A DNA stretch of 64,000 nucleotides, from assembly GCA_001599295.1 (NCBI GenBank), contig BCGN01000004.1:748138-812137 (forward strand), in the 5' to 3' direction. The notes below the pieces were generated by a model. The model did not search any database and had not been told where the DNA came from. It saw only the letters and a program-made list of their open reading frames with translations. Within the stretch, counting starts at the first letter, position 1, and each line of letters starts with the position of its first letter. Below are positions 10,800 through 22,378 of the stretch, in pieces. The position numbers and the translations under genes were made by a program. The stretch comes from Sporopachydermia quercuum (Eukaryota).

Positions 10800-11816
10800 C
10801 TTTCTATTAATTTCTTGTTTCTATTCTTTCTAGCTTCCAGGCCTGTTGCAAAACTTCTTGTATCTAACTATCTCACAAATTATTAAACTGATCTTGGCTC
10901 ACCAATGATTGATACCTACTTGCTGCTTCCTCCTAGTAATATCTTTCCTTTGTCCGTATTCCTTATTTGTATTGATGTAGAAGCGTAATTCGTTATTAAA
11001 TCACTTGTGACAAAGAAAGCTCCTAATAGTTCAAATCAGTTTGTTATATTCAATAATCCAATCACAATTCAATCTATGAAATTATAATTTCGATTGATGT
11101 CTTGTAATTCTAAGCCTTCCTTTTGGTGTGTTGACGTTCAGTTAATGTAGTGAAATGCGTGTATTTCCGAATTATCAATTTGTAATGCGAAAATGGGTAG
11201 CTTGCCTTCCGCGAAGTGAGATGGCTTGTTCGTTAGGAGAACTCAACGGCGAACAGTTGGTTGAGAAACGAGACGACCTCTAACGTCAATATGCAGTTTC
11301 ATATCAAAGAGATTATGCTTTATTTTTTATTTTCCAATGGTATCTGTCGATCGTTCACCGTTAATATTCATTCAATTCAACTAACAAAAAGACTCCTCTA
11401 TTACTTTTCGTTTTAATCTCTCTAGTATAATGATTAGGTGATCTAATAAAACAACCATACAAAAATCGTGACATTCAAATGTCACGATTATACTACACCC
11501 CCTGACAATGTTGCTAAAAGAAGATAAGGTATTATTATTATAGTTCCCCTTCCTCAATTCCTACCTAAGTGAAAAGGAGAACCGCTCCCATTAGACATCA
11601 TACCTTTACAAAAGTTCAAAGAAATAAACATTATCAGCCTACATANTTAATACCCATTTCCTAGGGGACACATCCTTATTCATCTCTTTCAAACAATCAA
11701 TGCCCCGTCTTTCCATACTAGTTCTCTGTATCAACGAAAATCCCTAATACTTTCTATAATACCAAACTAGGCAATTTTATCCTTTCGTGTCATGTGATCT
11801 CAAACGACTAATTCAA

Positions 11817-11926
11817 GAAAAATTTCCGATAACAAAAAGAAAAAGAAAAAGAAAAAAAGAAAAAAAGCCAGTAAGGTTAAAGAGTTAAATCTTACTAAGC
11901 ATGAAGGAAGTTTAGAAGGCGATGAG
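11817..11926 (+). promoter_or_regulatory. RRPE-like element, A-tract and PAC (GCGATGAG) upstream of NAR1
   Basis: gaaaaatttcc at 11817, A-tract about 11834-11866, GCGATGAG 11919-11926. Confidence 0.4.
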
Positions 11927-12252
11927 TGCTCTTTTATCATTTGATAAACTCTTGTAACCTCAAAGATTATCGTTACCTTATGTTGACGACTTTTGTTTCA
12001 TTTTCTTACTTGGTAGTGCATCTGTGATTGAATACTTTAGTTGGACATAAGTAAGCAGGGAGAGTTGTGGTGAATAGCTTGAGTTTAGAGGCTGATGATT
12101 CAGTATAGTATCTTTGCATCAAACAGAAAGATCCAGCTGAGAAGCCTTGTAGAGAATTGTCATTTTCATAGGGAGAAAGAAGAAGAAGAGAGATTCAGGG
12201 TTAGTGACTAATGAAAATCCGAGTAAGCTGGTGATAAACTTGCTATAAAAAA

Positions 12253-13746
12253 ATGAGTGCTTTACTGTCAGCTGATGACTTGAATGATTTCATCTCACCG
12301 GGTGTAGCGTGTATTAATCCTGTGGAGATAAATCGAGCGAAAGCAAAAAAAGATCAAGAACACGAAATACGAACCGAAAATGGAGTAGTTTATGAAGTAA
12401 CAAAAGATGGAGAAGATACCACTGCTACGGCTTTAACGGCTGCGCAAATCTCTCTAGCAGATTGTTTGGCTTGTAGCGGTTGTATCACATCGGCTGAGTC
12501 TGTGTTAGTTTCACTGCAGTCTCATACAAAATTAATGGATGAAATAAAATCAAGAAGCAATGGTAAAGTATTTGTTGTTTCAGTTTCATACCAAACCAGA
12601 TCTTCTCTGGCGGCAGCATTCAATTTAGGCATTGCAGAAGTTGACGCAAAATTGAAAACTCTGCTGAAAGATATGCTAGGTATAAATCATGTGGTGGGTT
12701 TAGGATTAGGAAGAGAAGTGTCCTTACAATACAGTACAGAAGAAATACTACAGGCTTTTAATTCTCAAATGATAAACAGTTCGGATAAGAAGACTCCTCT
12801 GATTGGTGCCAGTTGTCCTGGCTGGGTTTGTTATGTAGAAAAGACTCATCCTAATATTATTCCTTACTTGAGCACAGTCAAATCCCCTCAGCAGATAACT
12901 GGAACTATACTGAAAGAAGTGCTTTCTTCTCGATACAATGTTAGCAAAAAGGATGTTTACCATGTGACTATTATGCCTTGCTTTGATAAGAAGCTTGAGG
13001 CTAGTAGACCTGAATATGATAATGAGGTAGATATTGTGATAACNACAAAGGAACTACTTCGGTTGTTGATTGATGAATCCATGCCAGAATTTCCTACAAT
13101 ACCTAGCAACGTGCCGTTGAATTTGGACAGTTTGTATGAAGAAATGTGCGGGGGGTTAGAAATGTTTCATTCTTCTTTTGTTATTCCTACTGAAGGTCCT
13201 TTAACATCTTCTGGTGGGTATCTAATTGATGCTATCGCAACTATTCAAGCGTTACATCCGGGATCTACAGTTCAATATAACGAGGGGAAGAATCCTGATA
13301 TCGGAGAGTATGTTCTGGTGAGCAAAGACGGGGAACAAATAGTAAAAGCCGGTTATGTCTATGGATTCAGAAATATTCAAAATCTGGTTAGAAAGTTTAA
13401 ACCAAAGAAATCTTCTCGAGAAAGACTGAGGGCTCGACAAGGAATGACGAACACCACCACGAATCCCCTTGAGTATAACTTCATTGAAGTGATGGCTTGT
13501 CCGGGTGGCTGTTTAAATGGTGGAGGACAGATTGGAGCTCCCGATAGTATCAATTCTCAGAGTTGGAAAATGCTAGTCGAGGAAAAATACAATCAGATAC
13601 AACGCATAATTAGTGCCAAGAATAAGAATTCAGCTACCCCTGTGAATCTTGCTGGTATTGATGAAAGGCATTTAGTCCTCGCTCACTATTCAGCTGTTGA
13701 GAACACATTGGCTGATATGAATGCAGCTTTGGGAGCCAAATGGTAG
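12253..13746 (+). CDS. NAR1: Cytosolic Fe-S assembly hydrogenase-like protein Nar1
   Basis: LSADDLNDFISPGVAC, DCLACSGCITSAE, CPGWVCYVEK, MPCFDKKLEASR, EVMACPGGC, C-terminal W. Confidence 0.96.
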   Translation: MSALLSADDLNDFISPGVACINPVEINRAKAKKDQEHEIRTENGVVYEVTKDGEDTTATALTAAQISLADCLACSGCITSAESVLVSLQSHTKLMDEIKSRSNGKVFVVSVSYQTRSSLAAAFNLGIAEVDAKLKTLLKDMLGINHVVGLGLGREVSLQYSTEEILQAFNSQMINSSDKKTPLIGASCPGWVCYVEKTHPNIIPYLSTVKSPQQITGTILKEVLSSRYNVSKKDVYHVTIMPCFDKKLEASRPEYDNEVDIVIXTKELLRLLIDESMPEFPTIPSNVPLNLDSLYEEMCGGLEMFHSSFVIPTEGPLTSSGGYLIDAIATIQALHPGSTVQYNEGKNPDIGEYVLVSKDGEQIVKAGYVYGFRNIQNLVRKFKPKKSSRERLRARQGMTNTTTNPLEYNFIEVMACPGGCLNGGGQIGAPDSINSQSWKMLVEEKYNQIQRIISAKNKNSATPVNLAGIDERHLVLAHYSAVENTLADMNAALGAKW

Positions 13747-16715
13747 ATATATGCCACTATGTATTATACTTCATGTTAACTGTAGTGTTCCTAAGAATTT
13801 TCTGCATGAGTATTCAGTTAACTGACAACAAAGACAACAATAATCTTAATAATCTTAATAGTAGATTGATTGCATAATGCTAGGTATACGGTTCGGATAT
13901 AAAAGTTTAGTTACAAATACCTAGGAATAAATTTTATAATGATTCAGAACAACATTTTCATTAAATGAATATTTCGTTTTCTTGTAAAACTATTATGTAA
14001 CCATGTAGATTATTTAGGACTCTTCGTCTCAAGTTCAATTGAGATCAAATCATATAATGCTAGTCAAATCATGTAAAATCGAACATTCATCCAATTCTAA
14101 GAGCCATATCTTGTGAGATTCCTGCTCGATCATGTGCCGAAACTCCATTTCCATACACATCCAATATTGTCAAACTTATATATTACTAAGTACTCATACT
14201 AACTATTTTATTTCATCTTTTTCAACGAAACTAGGCACTCTCTAACATTGTTTAATATCTATCAGAGATCATCACAGGTCGTACTACAGAAAGAAATGTA
14301 CAAAAGCCTCGGANCACATGATATCCTCATAGTTTTGTACCGGGGAGCTTTGCGCCGGTACAGGAACATTCTCAAAGCGTGACAGAACGTCACTTTTTAA
14401 CCCCTTCATCTTCCTGTGAGATCCCGTTGTAAATTCAATGATACGGCCGTGATAAACAAAAAAGATAATTAATTATATATTATTATTTTCATCATTGACG
14501 AATAAACCAAACCAACCTATATAAGAAGATATTACACTATCTGCACTGAACATTTCACGATTTTTCATATTGCTTTGATACCCGTTGTTCATTACTCTCT
14601 CATTACTCTCTCTGATATACTGAGTACGGATCATACAGATACTCATTATGATTCAGTTTAATCCGTGAATGCAGCCCATTCTGACAATTCCTAATGGGGA
14701 TCTATCGGGACTCGACCTACTGCGCCACATTCCATTTTCGGAAAATAGCTTCCTCGAGGGGCTACTCACCCGGAATAAAGATGAAGCAGAAGGGGTTTAT
14801 ACAGATATTATTACAGGTTAGTGTGGTAGAAATACTTAAGGATAAATAGATGAGTCACTGGGAAGAAGGGACAGAGCCCAAATTGAAGACTCTCAACGGT
14901 TTTAGCCAGCCAGGGGTAACTGGAATTTCTCCTTAATGAGATATGGGAAACATGGAATTGAAGAAAAAACTCGGTACTGATTTAAATAGAGTCGATTTAG
15001 AATTCGGATGTTAAACATGGTAGAGCATAATTGACAAATTCTTCCTTGTTGTCAATAGATGACAGATAGACAGCGGTTAATTAGTTAATGAAACAAGATA
15101 TTAATCAAGGTCCATAGAAAACAGAAGTCTCAAAAATAATATGATCTAGCCATTTCAACAGTTAATAAATTCAATCATCTCTTAATAATATAATTAAATA
15201 TACTGGTAGTTTTAGCTTCTTGATTATTAATTGTTTTGCAGGCTTTCTTGACTCAACAATTGTCAATTTTTCTGTTCATCATATTCTTATACCGAGCTCA
15301 TATTTCATGCATGTGTGCATGGGGTAAGACGTGCATTAAAGATAAGCTGAGAGTTTGCATCAACTTCATTGTATGAACAGTCAAAAGAATGATGTTTTAC
15401 GTGCCTGACACTATAAGGAGAAGCAATATTTGGAATTATTTGTTTTTGTAGATTTCTCTTTAATTTTCATAAGTATTCCACTGAATCAACTTCCTCCCTT
15501 CACCAATCGGATCAACTGACTGTATGTATGAATGCATTAAGATGCATAGAAATTAATTCTTGCATATGACATCTACGTAATGAAGATTCGAATTACTAAG
15601 CTCATATATCAAAAGGAATATAGAGAAGGTATTTCTAGTTTGACTCATTGTTATCAGAATGGGAGAGTATTAGATTCAATGGAATTCGATTGAAAAATCT
15701 AGCTTCCTGTAGGTTGCTCAGATCGGTTGGAAATACACACATATCTTATGCTGTTATCCCTACAGTCAGGAGTAAACTGTGTTCCTAGATACTATGCATA
15801 AATAAAAATAGAGAAAGTGAACATGTTTTCGTTTTAAAATAAAGAAGGAACAAGAATATAATATAAAAAATTCAAAAATAAAATGAATCCATCCGAAAAG
15901 TTACCGAATCTCATTTTCTGNAATTCCCACTTCATCTATCTAGCATTAAGACTTACTCATCTAGATCGATCTACAGATCCATCAATCCATCCCCTCTCGT
16001 CTCTTCTCGTGACTCCCCTAGAAGGTGTGCGCATGTTATCTGCGCTATCTCCCCCTTTGAATCAATGAACAAGGCCAGTTCAGGGTATACATCCAAACTA
16101 ATAACACTTCAATATCTAGTCCAGTTTGAACAAAAATCNTATCATTGAAGTTTTCTTTTTCTTTTTCTTTTTTGCATAGTTCGTGGTTGTTTTCTAAAAA
16201 ATTATATAGGCCACTCTTTCAATTCAAGCTTGGAAGTTTGAAATTCTATTCTTTAACTTCCGGTTTGGTATACCGAAATAGAACTTCTTAATAGGGATTA
16301 CGTATAACCTTAATTTATTTCAAGCTTTCACAGATTTTTCTTCTCACATTTTCATAAATTTTATCATTGCTTGCTGTTTTTTCTTTGTTCTTCTCCCTTT
16401 TCTTGTTATTCAATAAATAATGGAAGGTAGACGCTGAGAAATAAGAATCATAGTTAGTTGACTGTTAAGGGAGGAAGTTCTGATATTTGGTAATCTATAT
16501 TGTATTTGCTTGCTTTTCTTTTGGTGGGAGATTTTGACAGTTCAGTTCAAGTAGCTTNCCTTGGTAGTTATAGATTACATCATTATTTCAATATCAAGAA
16601 CGTGAATCAAGTTGATCCTGATTATATTCAAATAAAAACCAATTGATCTCTATCTAGCTTGTAATTTAATAAGTTTGAAAGTATCTGAAATTCTCTGGGC
16701 GACATATTAGTTAAA

Positions 16716-19179
16716 ATGACTCCTAAGGCTTATAAAGAGAACACAATTGTGGTTGTGTTTGGTGCTTCTGGTGATTTAGCAAAGAAGAAGACAGTAAGTG
16801 TTTTAGCATATTTGAATTGCTATGTATTGTTGTGATATATTATGCTATGCTATAGTTGATATGCCATCAATNTTACTTCACTACTATCTACAATTACTAA
16901 CTCATCATTACAGTATCCTGCTTTGTTTGGATTGGTAAGTTTTTGTTACTTGGTCTTTCTACAATGATATGACACCGTTTTTCGATTAATCGCTGAAAAG
17001 GACAACAATGATCAGGAAGAGAAATATTCAACAGCTTTGTTATTTTTGTTCTTCAATATTACAATCGTTCAACAAGCTTTCACATTCATCTTGTTAAGTT
17101 CATTTATTTTCGTTTCCCATGGATGCCTTCCGTGGAGTGACGTATTATTACTCATTACATACCCAGGCATCAACTGATATGATACATTTCACCATCTTTC
17201 CTCTCGCTCTCGCTTTTTATCATTCAATTGCGTTCTTATTACATTCACTAAACGTCTTCTGTTGCCTTCACTTTTACCCCCGGTTTTCATTTCTCCGGTT
17301 AAACAACCTGTCGATTAAAGTTTGGCTTCGTTATTTAAGCCGTTTGTGATCGAGAGGAGATGTGAAGTCAGAGGAGTTTGAGAGGGGGTGGTGCGCGAGA
17401 TTAGATGCTCTTGGTTGATAGTAAACGTGGGGGTTGATGAGTGAAGATAAGGAGCGAATATGCAGCTGGAAAGCAATGATAATAATTTATATTGGGGAAA
17501 GCTGCTGAAGAATGAATGATTATATAATTGGAAATGGACGCAGAAGGTGAAGGTGAAAGGGTTCTCCTAGTAGTACGAAGGTGAAAATGAATAATAATGA
17601 AAGTTNGTGATGTGTGATCGTTCATCTTTATGAAGACCATTAGTTACTTTCCTTGTAACGAACAATTCACCTTTGTTGTAAAACTGCTGAAATAGCTTTT
17701 AATTGAACTCTTTGGCTGTGATAACTATGCAAAGTCAGATCGAATACTTTTTTCTTCCACTTACTAACATTGAGACTTTAGTACCGATATGGTTTATTAC
17801 CTAAGAATACTAAAATCATCGGTTATGCCAGAACCAAAATGACTGATGAAGAATGTAGAGAAAGGGTATCAGCATATTTTAAACTATTCAGTGATGAAGA
17901 TAAAGAAACGGCCAAAAAGTTTTTATCTAGTTGTTACTATGTTTCAGGTCAATACGATGCGGCAGAAGGATATAAGAAGATAAACGAAAAGATTCTTGAA
18001 TTTGAAAAGGAAGCCAATGTTACCGAATCTCAAAGAATATACTATTTGGCATTGCCGCCATCTGTTTTCAGTCAAGTTGCTGAAGAGGTCAAAGCTCATA
18101 TCTATCCTGAAAAGGGAAGCATGCGATTAATTGTTGAAAAGCCATTTGGTAGAGATTTACAAACCTCAAGAGCTTTGCAAGCTGAATTAAATCCTTTATT
18201 CTCAGAAGAAGAAATTTACAGAATTGACCATTACTTAGGAAAGGAAATGGTGAAGAATTTGTTGCTTCTACGATTTGGAAATCAATTTATGAATGCTGCT
18301 TGGAATAAGAATCATATTGCCAATATTCAAATTTCTTTCAAAGAACCTTTTGGAACTGAAGGTCGTGGTGGATATTTTGATAACATTGGTATTATCCGTG
18401 ATGTTATTCAAAATCATTTGTTGCAAGTTATGACCCTTATTACCATGGAAAGACCAGTTTCTTTCGAACCTGAAGATATAAGAGACGAAAAGGTTAAAGT
18501 GTTGAAGTGTATTGACGAAATCAAGCTTGAAGATGTAATCTTAGGTCAATATGACAAATCAGAAGATGGCAAGAAACCTGCTTATACTGATGACGAAACT
18601 GTCAATCCTGATTCCAGACAATGCACTTATGCTGCTGTTGCTATAAAAATTCATAATGAACGATGGGAAGGTGTGCCAATCGTCCTAAGAGCTGGTAAAG
18701 CTTTAGATCAAGGAAGAGTAGAAGTTAGAATCCAATACAAAGATGTTGCAAGAGGTATTTTCACTGCAATTGCTAGAAACGAATTAGTCATCCGCGTTCA
18801 ACCAAATGAAGCAATTTATATGAAAATGAATACTAAATTGCCTGGCTTGTCTTCTAAGTCTGTCATTACGGAATTAGATCTAACATATAAACGAAGATAC
18901 TCTGATTTAAAGATTCCTGAAGCTTATGAATCTTTATTACTCGATGCTTTACAGGGTGATCACAGTAACTTTGTTCGTGATGATGAATTAGATACCTCTT
19001 GGAAAATCTTCACTCCTTTGCTACACCAAATCGAAAACGATAGCTCAATCATCCCTGAAAAATATCCATATGGATCTCGTGGACCAAAATCTCTTGAGGG
19101 TTTCCTCAAGAAGAACAATTATGTTCGTGAACAACCTGGTTCTTATCAGTGGCCTGTTACTAGTGGACGTGAACAATAA
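16716..19179 (+). CDS. ZWF1: Glucose-6-phosphate dehydrogenase; exons 16716-16793, 16914-16934, 17782-19179 (498 aa)
   Basis: Exon 1 ends FGASGDLAKKKT, the 21-nt exon is YPALFGL, exon 3 runs YRYGLLPKNTKIIGYART into the ORF with RIDHYLGK. Both introns have GTAAGT / TACTAAC / YAG and are phase 0. Confidence 0.95.
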
Positions 19180-19948
19180 ATGTTCCTTCTTCCCCTCTAA
19201 ATTTGAATTCATTATCAACAGGTCTTCTGGCTGATTTGAAATTTGGTGCATTAATATTATGATGTTTTTTGTTATGAATGAATTATGATGTCGATGATGT
19301 TTTGAAGGTGTAATTTTCGTTCCGACCATCTTTCTCTATTTTATATTTATATATTTTCACTTTATTTATAGATTATATATAAACACTAATTTTTATCTTT
19401 ATTTTCTTTATTTGTTTATCGTTTATTGTTTAGTTAATTATTTGTTAGATGTATCATTTTGTCCGTGTTATGCGGTCTACAATGTTTGTTATTTGATTCG
19501 TTCATTGTATAGCGTCTTGATTATTATTCTTCATTCGATTTCATCAGGTGATTTCGTGTATTTTCAAACTCCCCTTATNCTTCCTTGTTTCTATATCCAA
19601 ATATTTGCTTTCAGTGCAAAGTTCTTATATATTTGAAGTATTTGTAGATGTTTCACGATGATGTACAGCCTCCTATCAAGAGTGGTATATTGATAGTAGG
19701 ATTTGACAGGCTTCCTTTGCAATTNCATAACAAGTACAATGCTAGTATTAGAATTCCTCTTATCATTACTATTTACATAGTAGTATACAATCGTATCTCT
19801 CTCTATACTCTGCCTAGCAGCTCGTGCATTAATTCATTAATTCCCAATTCNTTGTCTTCCATACGTTCGAACAGTATACAAGTATATAATAATTACTTAA
19901 GTAATAGCATCATCATTTCCTATTTCATTTCCTATTTTCATTTCCTAT

Positions 19949-22378
19949 TTATGAGCTATTATTTCTTGATACTGGAGTTGGAATTAACGGTTGAGCTGCA
20001 AAATCAAAATCGTACGCTAATTGAGAATGTGATGCCGTATTACTTCTGGCTTGGTTGACTATGTTCGTACCATTCGAACTATCTGACTCTTGATGTTCAT
20101 GTTCATACTTGCTGTCANCAGCTAATCCGTTTTCATGTACAATTCCCTCTGCAGTTTTAGTTATTTCTATTCGTTTACTTGTATATATATCAGAGTTCTG
20201 TTTCACTTGTTGGTCTTCTTGTGCTGAATATTTCGGCTGTTTCTTAAACATCTGCTTCATTACACTGTCGCCAGTTTCTTCCTCTTCCTTCTTGTTTATC
20301 TCTTCTTTAAGATCTTTCCCATATAACCCATAGGACTTCCAATCACATTCAAAATCAGATATAATATTCNCGTAATATCTAATACCAGATATTTGTTCAT
20401 CTATAACGATTTTACCTACCAATATTGCCAGTTCGATTTCTTCATTAATAACTCCAACACCTTGTCCTAATTCTTTACTCAGTTCAAATAATGACATCCC
20501 AGGCTTCTTCCTTATAACTGACATTATTCTTGCAATAAATGCATCATCATCATTACCGAACCTAGCAGGTACAACAACCATAACATCACTTCTTGGAAAC
20601 TTCTTCAGCTTGAAAGGAAGCTTTAATTCTTCAAACAGTTGAACTGCTTGTAATAAATCTTCTGGAGATAATAAATCATATATTTGACTTCTATTGTAAA
20701 TTGCAAATAAATCAACTAATGTAATGATTCCACCTTCATGTTTTTCTAGGAATTCATTCCTTGATAAGAACTCTGATAATTGACGAGCCAATTCTTTATA
20801 ATACGCTTTTATATCTTTGAACATACTTTTTGACGTCATTACATTTTTCCTTCCTAGCATCGATTGAGACATTCTTAGCAATTCGCGTTGCTTTTCAATG
20901 TAAGGATCAGAAGATTCTTGCTTCTGAAGGATTTCTTCGAATGATGAAGATAAAGCAATTAGTTTTTTAGCTTGGGTCATAAGAGACTTCAGATCTTCTA
21001 ATGCAGCACCAATGATTTGTTCATTGGTATTTACTGTTTGACGATTATACTGTTCAAGGCCATGAATGCCCATACTGATATTTTGATTTGGTTTCGCTGA
21101 CGTTAATGAATTTGATGGATAATTGATAGAAGAGTTCGCTGATGGTGTCCGATTTTGCATATCATAGCTGCTGATAGTAGTATTTGTAGTTGAAATGCTG
21201 TTGGATGAATGATATGACTTACTTGTAGTAGTAGTATCATTAGTAGTGGCATTAGTTGGTCCGTTTGCATTACTAGGTCCCGACCATGATTTAGAGGCAA
21301 GAGCATTTGATAGTTTCTCATAAAATTTCACTTCACCGCCGTTTCCTGNCCTGAACGAAAGTTTCACTTGTCTTGAATTGCTATCTGACTGCAGTAAGTT
21401 ATTCGTTATTGTGTTTAAGGAAGAGACATTTGAACTAGAGCTAATACCCCTAGAAGTAGATGATCTAAGGGAAGGTAAAGGAGCTCCACATAATTCACAG
21501 TAATTCATTGCCGGGTGATTAATAAACGTACATCTAGGACATGCAAATCCTTTAAGACTTTTGTCATGTTTGCTATTATTTGAATCAACTGTAAGCGATG
21601 TAGATGGTTTATTGTTTATATTGGCACTGGTAGTGGTATTAGTACTTTTGCTCTTAACACTACTTGAATTATTTGAATTATTCAAGCCATTGAGAGTTCT
21701 TTTGCTTGAAACAGATAATAAATTTGTTCGTTTTGTAATGTCTTCAACGGCATTCTCGATNGTTCCATTGTCTGCTGGAACTCCACAGGTCCGACAAACT
21801 GGTAATGCAGATACTCCATGAATATAGTCAGGAGTCAATTTATTTGAAAAAGAGCATATAGGACATATCCATGTAATAGAAAGAAAAGAGTTTGAACTCA
21901 ATGAGGCATTGCTCTGACTCGAAGAGTTTATTCTATTAGCTGAACCTGGTGATAATGCTGATAGATCGTTACCCTGTGGTGTGGTACTACTGAATAAACT
22001 ATTATCATTCCTGGCACTATTTTCTTGATTTGAACTCACTGTGTTGCCATTGCTTTCTTCTTTTGGCCTTTCTTTGAATGTAATAATGATTTTCGGTGAA
22101 GAGCGATAAAATATCACCGAACTGTTCAACTCAGCTTTAGCTATGTCCTCTAAATTGATATAAACAGAATGAATCATTGGTTTATCGTTATCAACATAAC
22201 AAATTCGTTTATTAGTGAGATAAACTCTACCATTTTGACAATTTGCTATTTTATCCTTTCCTTGATAAAGTCCAATTTTGTCCTGAAAAGCTAGTTCCTT
22301 CTCGTGTGCTAATAGCAATGGCCTAGATGACGATGTCAATGGCAATACCTGCCATTGGCCAATTGAACGATCCGACAT
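19949..22378 (-). CDS. VPS36: ESCRT-II subunit Vps36
   Basis: First ATG at 22378 (MSDRSIGQWQ). Split GLUE domain (FQDKIGLYQG, GRVYLTNKRICYVD), two NZF fingers (WICPICSFSN, CPRCTFINHP), winged-helix region. Minus-strand TATA near 22500. Confidence 0.93.
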   Translation of the reverse strand: MSDRSIGQWQVLPLTSSSRPLLLAHEKELAFQDKIGLYQGKDKIANCQNGRVYLTNKRICYVDNDKPMIHSVYINLEDIAKAELNSSVIFYRSSPKIIITFKERPKEESNGNTVSSNQENSARNDNSLFSSTTPQGNDLSALSPGSANRINSSSQSNASLSSNSFLSITWICPICSFSNKLTPDYIHGVSALPVCRTCGVPADNGXIENAVEDITKRTNLLSVSSKRTLNGLNNSNNSSSVKSKSTNTTTSANINNKPSTSLTVDSNNSKHDKSLKGFACPRCTFINHPAMNYCELCGAPLPSLRSSTSRGISSSSNVSSLNTITNNLLQSDSNSRQVKLSFRXGNGGEVKFYEKLSNALASKSWSGPSNANGPTNATTNDTTTTSKSYHSSNSISTTNTTISSYDMQNRTPSANSSINYPSNSLTSAKPNQNISMGIHGLEQYNRQTVNTNEQIIGAALEDLKSLMTQAKKLIALSSSFEEILQKQESSDPYIEKQRELLRMSQSMLGRKNVMTSKSMFKDIKAYYKELARQLSEFLSRNEFLEKHEGGIITLVDLFAIYNRSQIYDLLSPEDLLQAVQLFEELKLPFKLKKFPRSDVMVVVPARFGNDDDAFIARIMSVIRKKPGMSLFELSKELGQGVGVINEEIELAILVGKIVIDEQISGIRYYXNIISDFECDWKSYGLYGKDLKEEINKKEEEETGDSVMKQMFKKQPKYSAQEDQQVKQNSDIYTSKRIEITKTAEGIVHENGLAXDSKYEHEHQESDSSNGTNIVNQARSNTASHSQLAYDFDFAAQPLIPTPVSRNNSS

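Noticed and set aside
14590..14613. (CATTACTCTCT)2 as a telomerase RNA template
   Set aside because: The implied repeat lacks the G-rich telomeric core and no Sm site was found downstream.
14669..14821. MQPI... small ORF as an a-factor precursor
   Set aside because: No C-terminal CaaX motif.
19177..19200. Readthrough PTS1 on ZWF1
   Set aside because: TAA readthrough adds MFLLPL-stop, which is not a PTS1.
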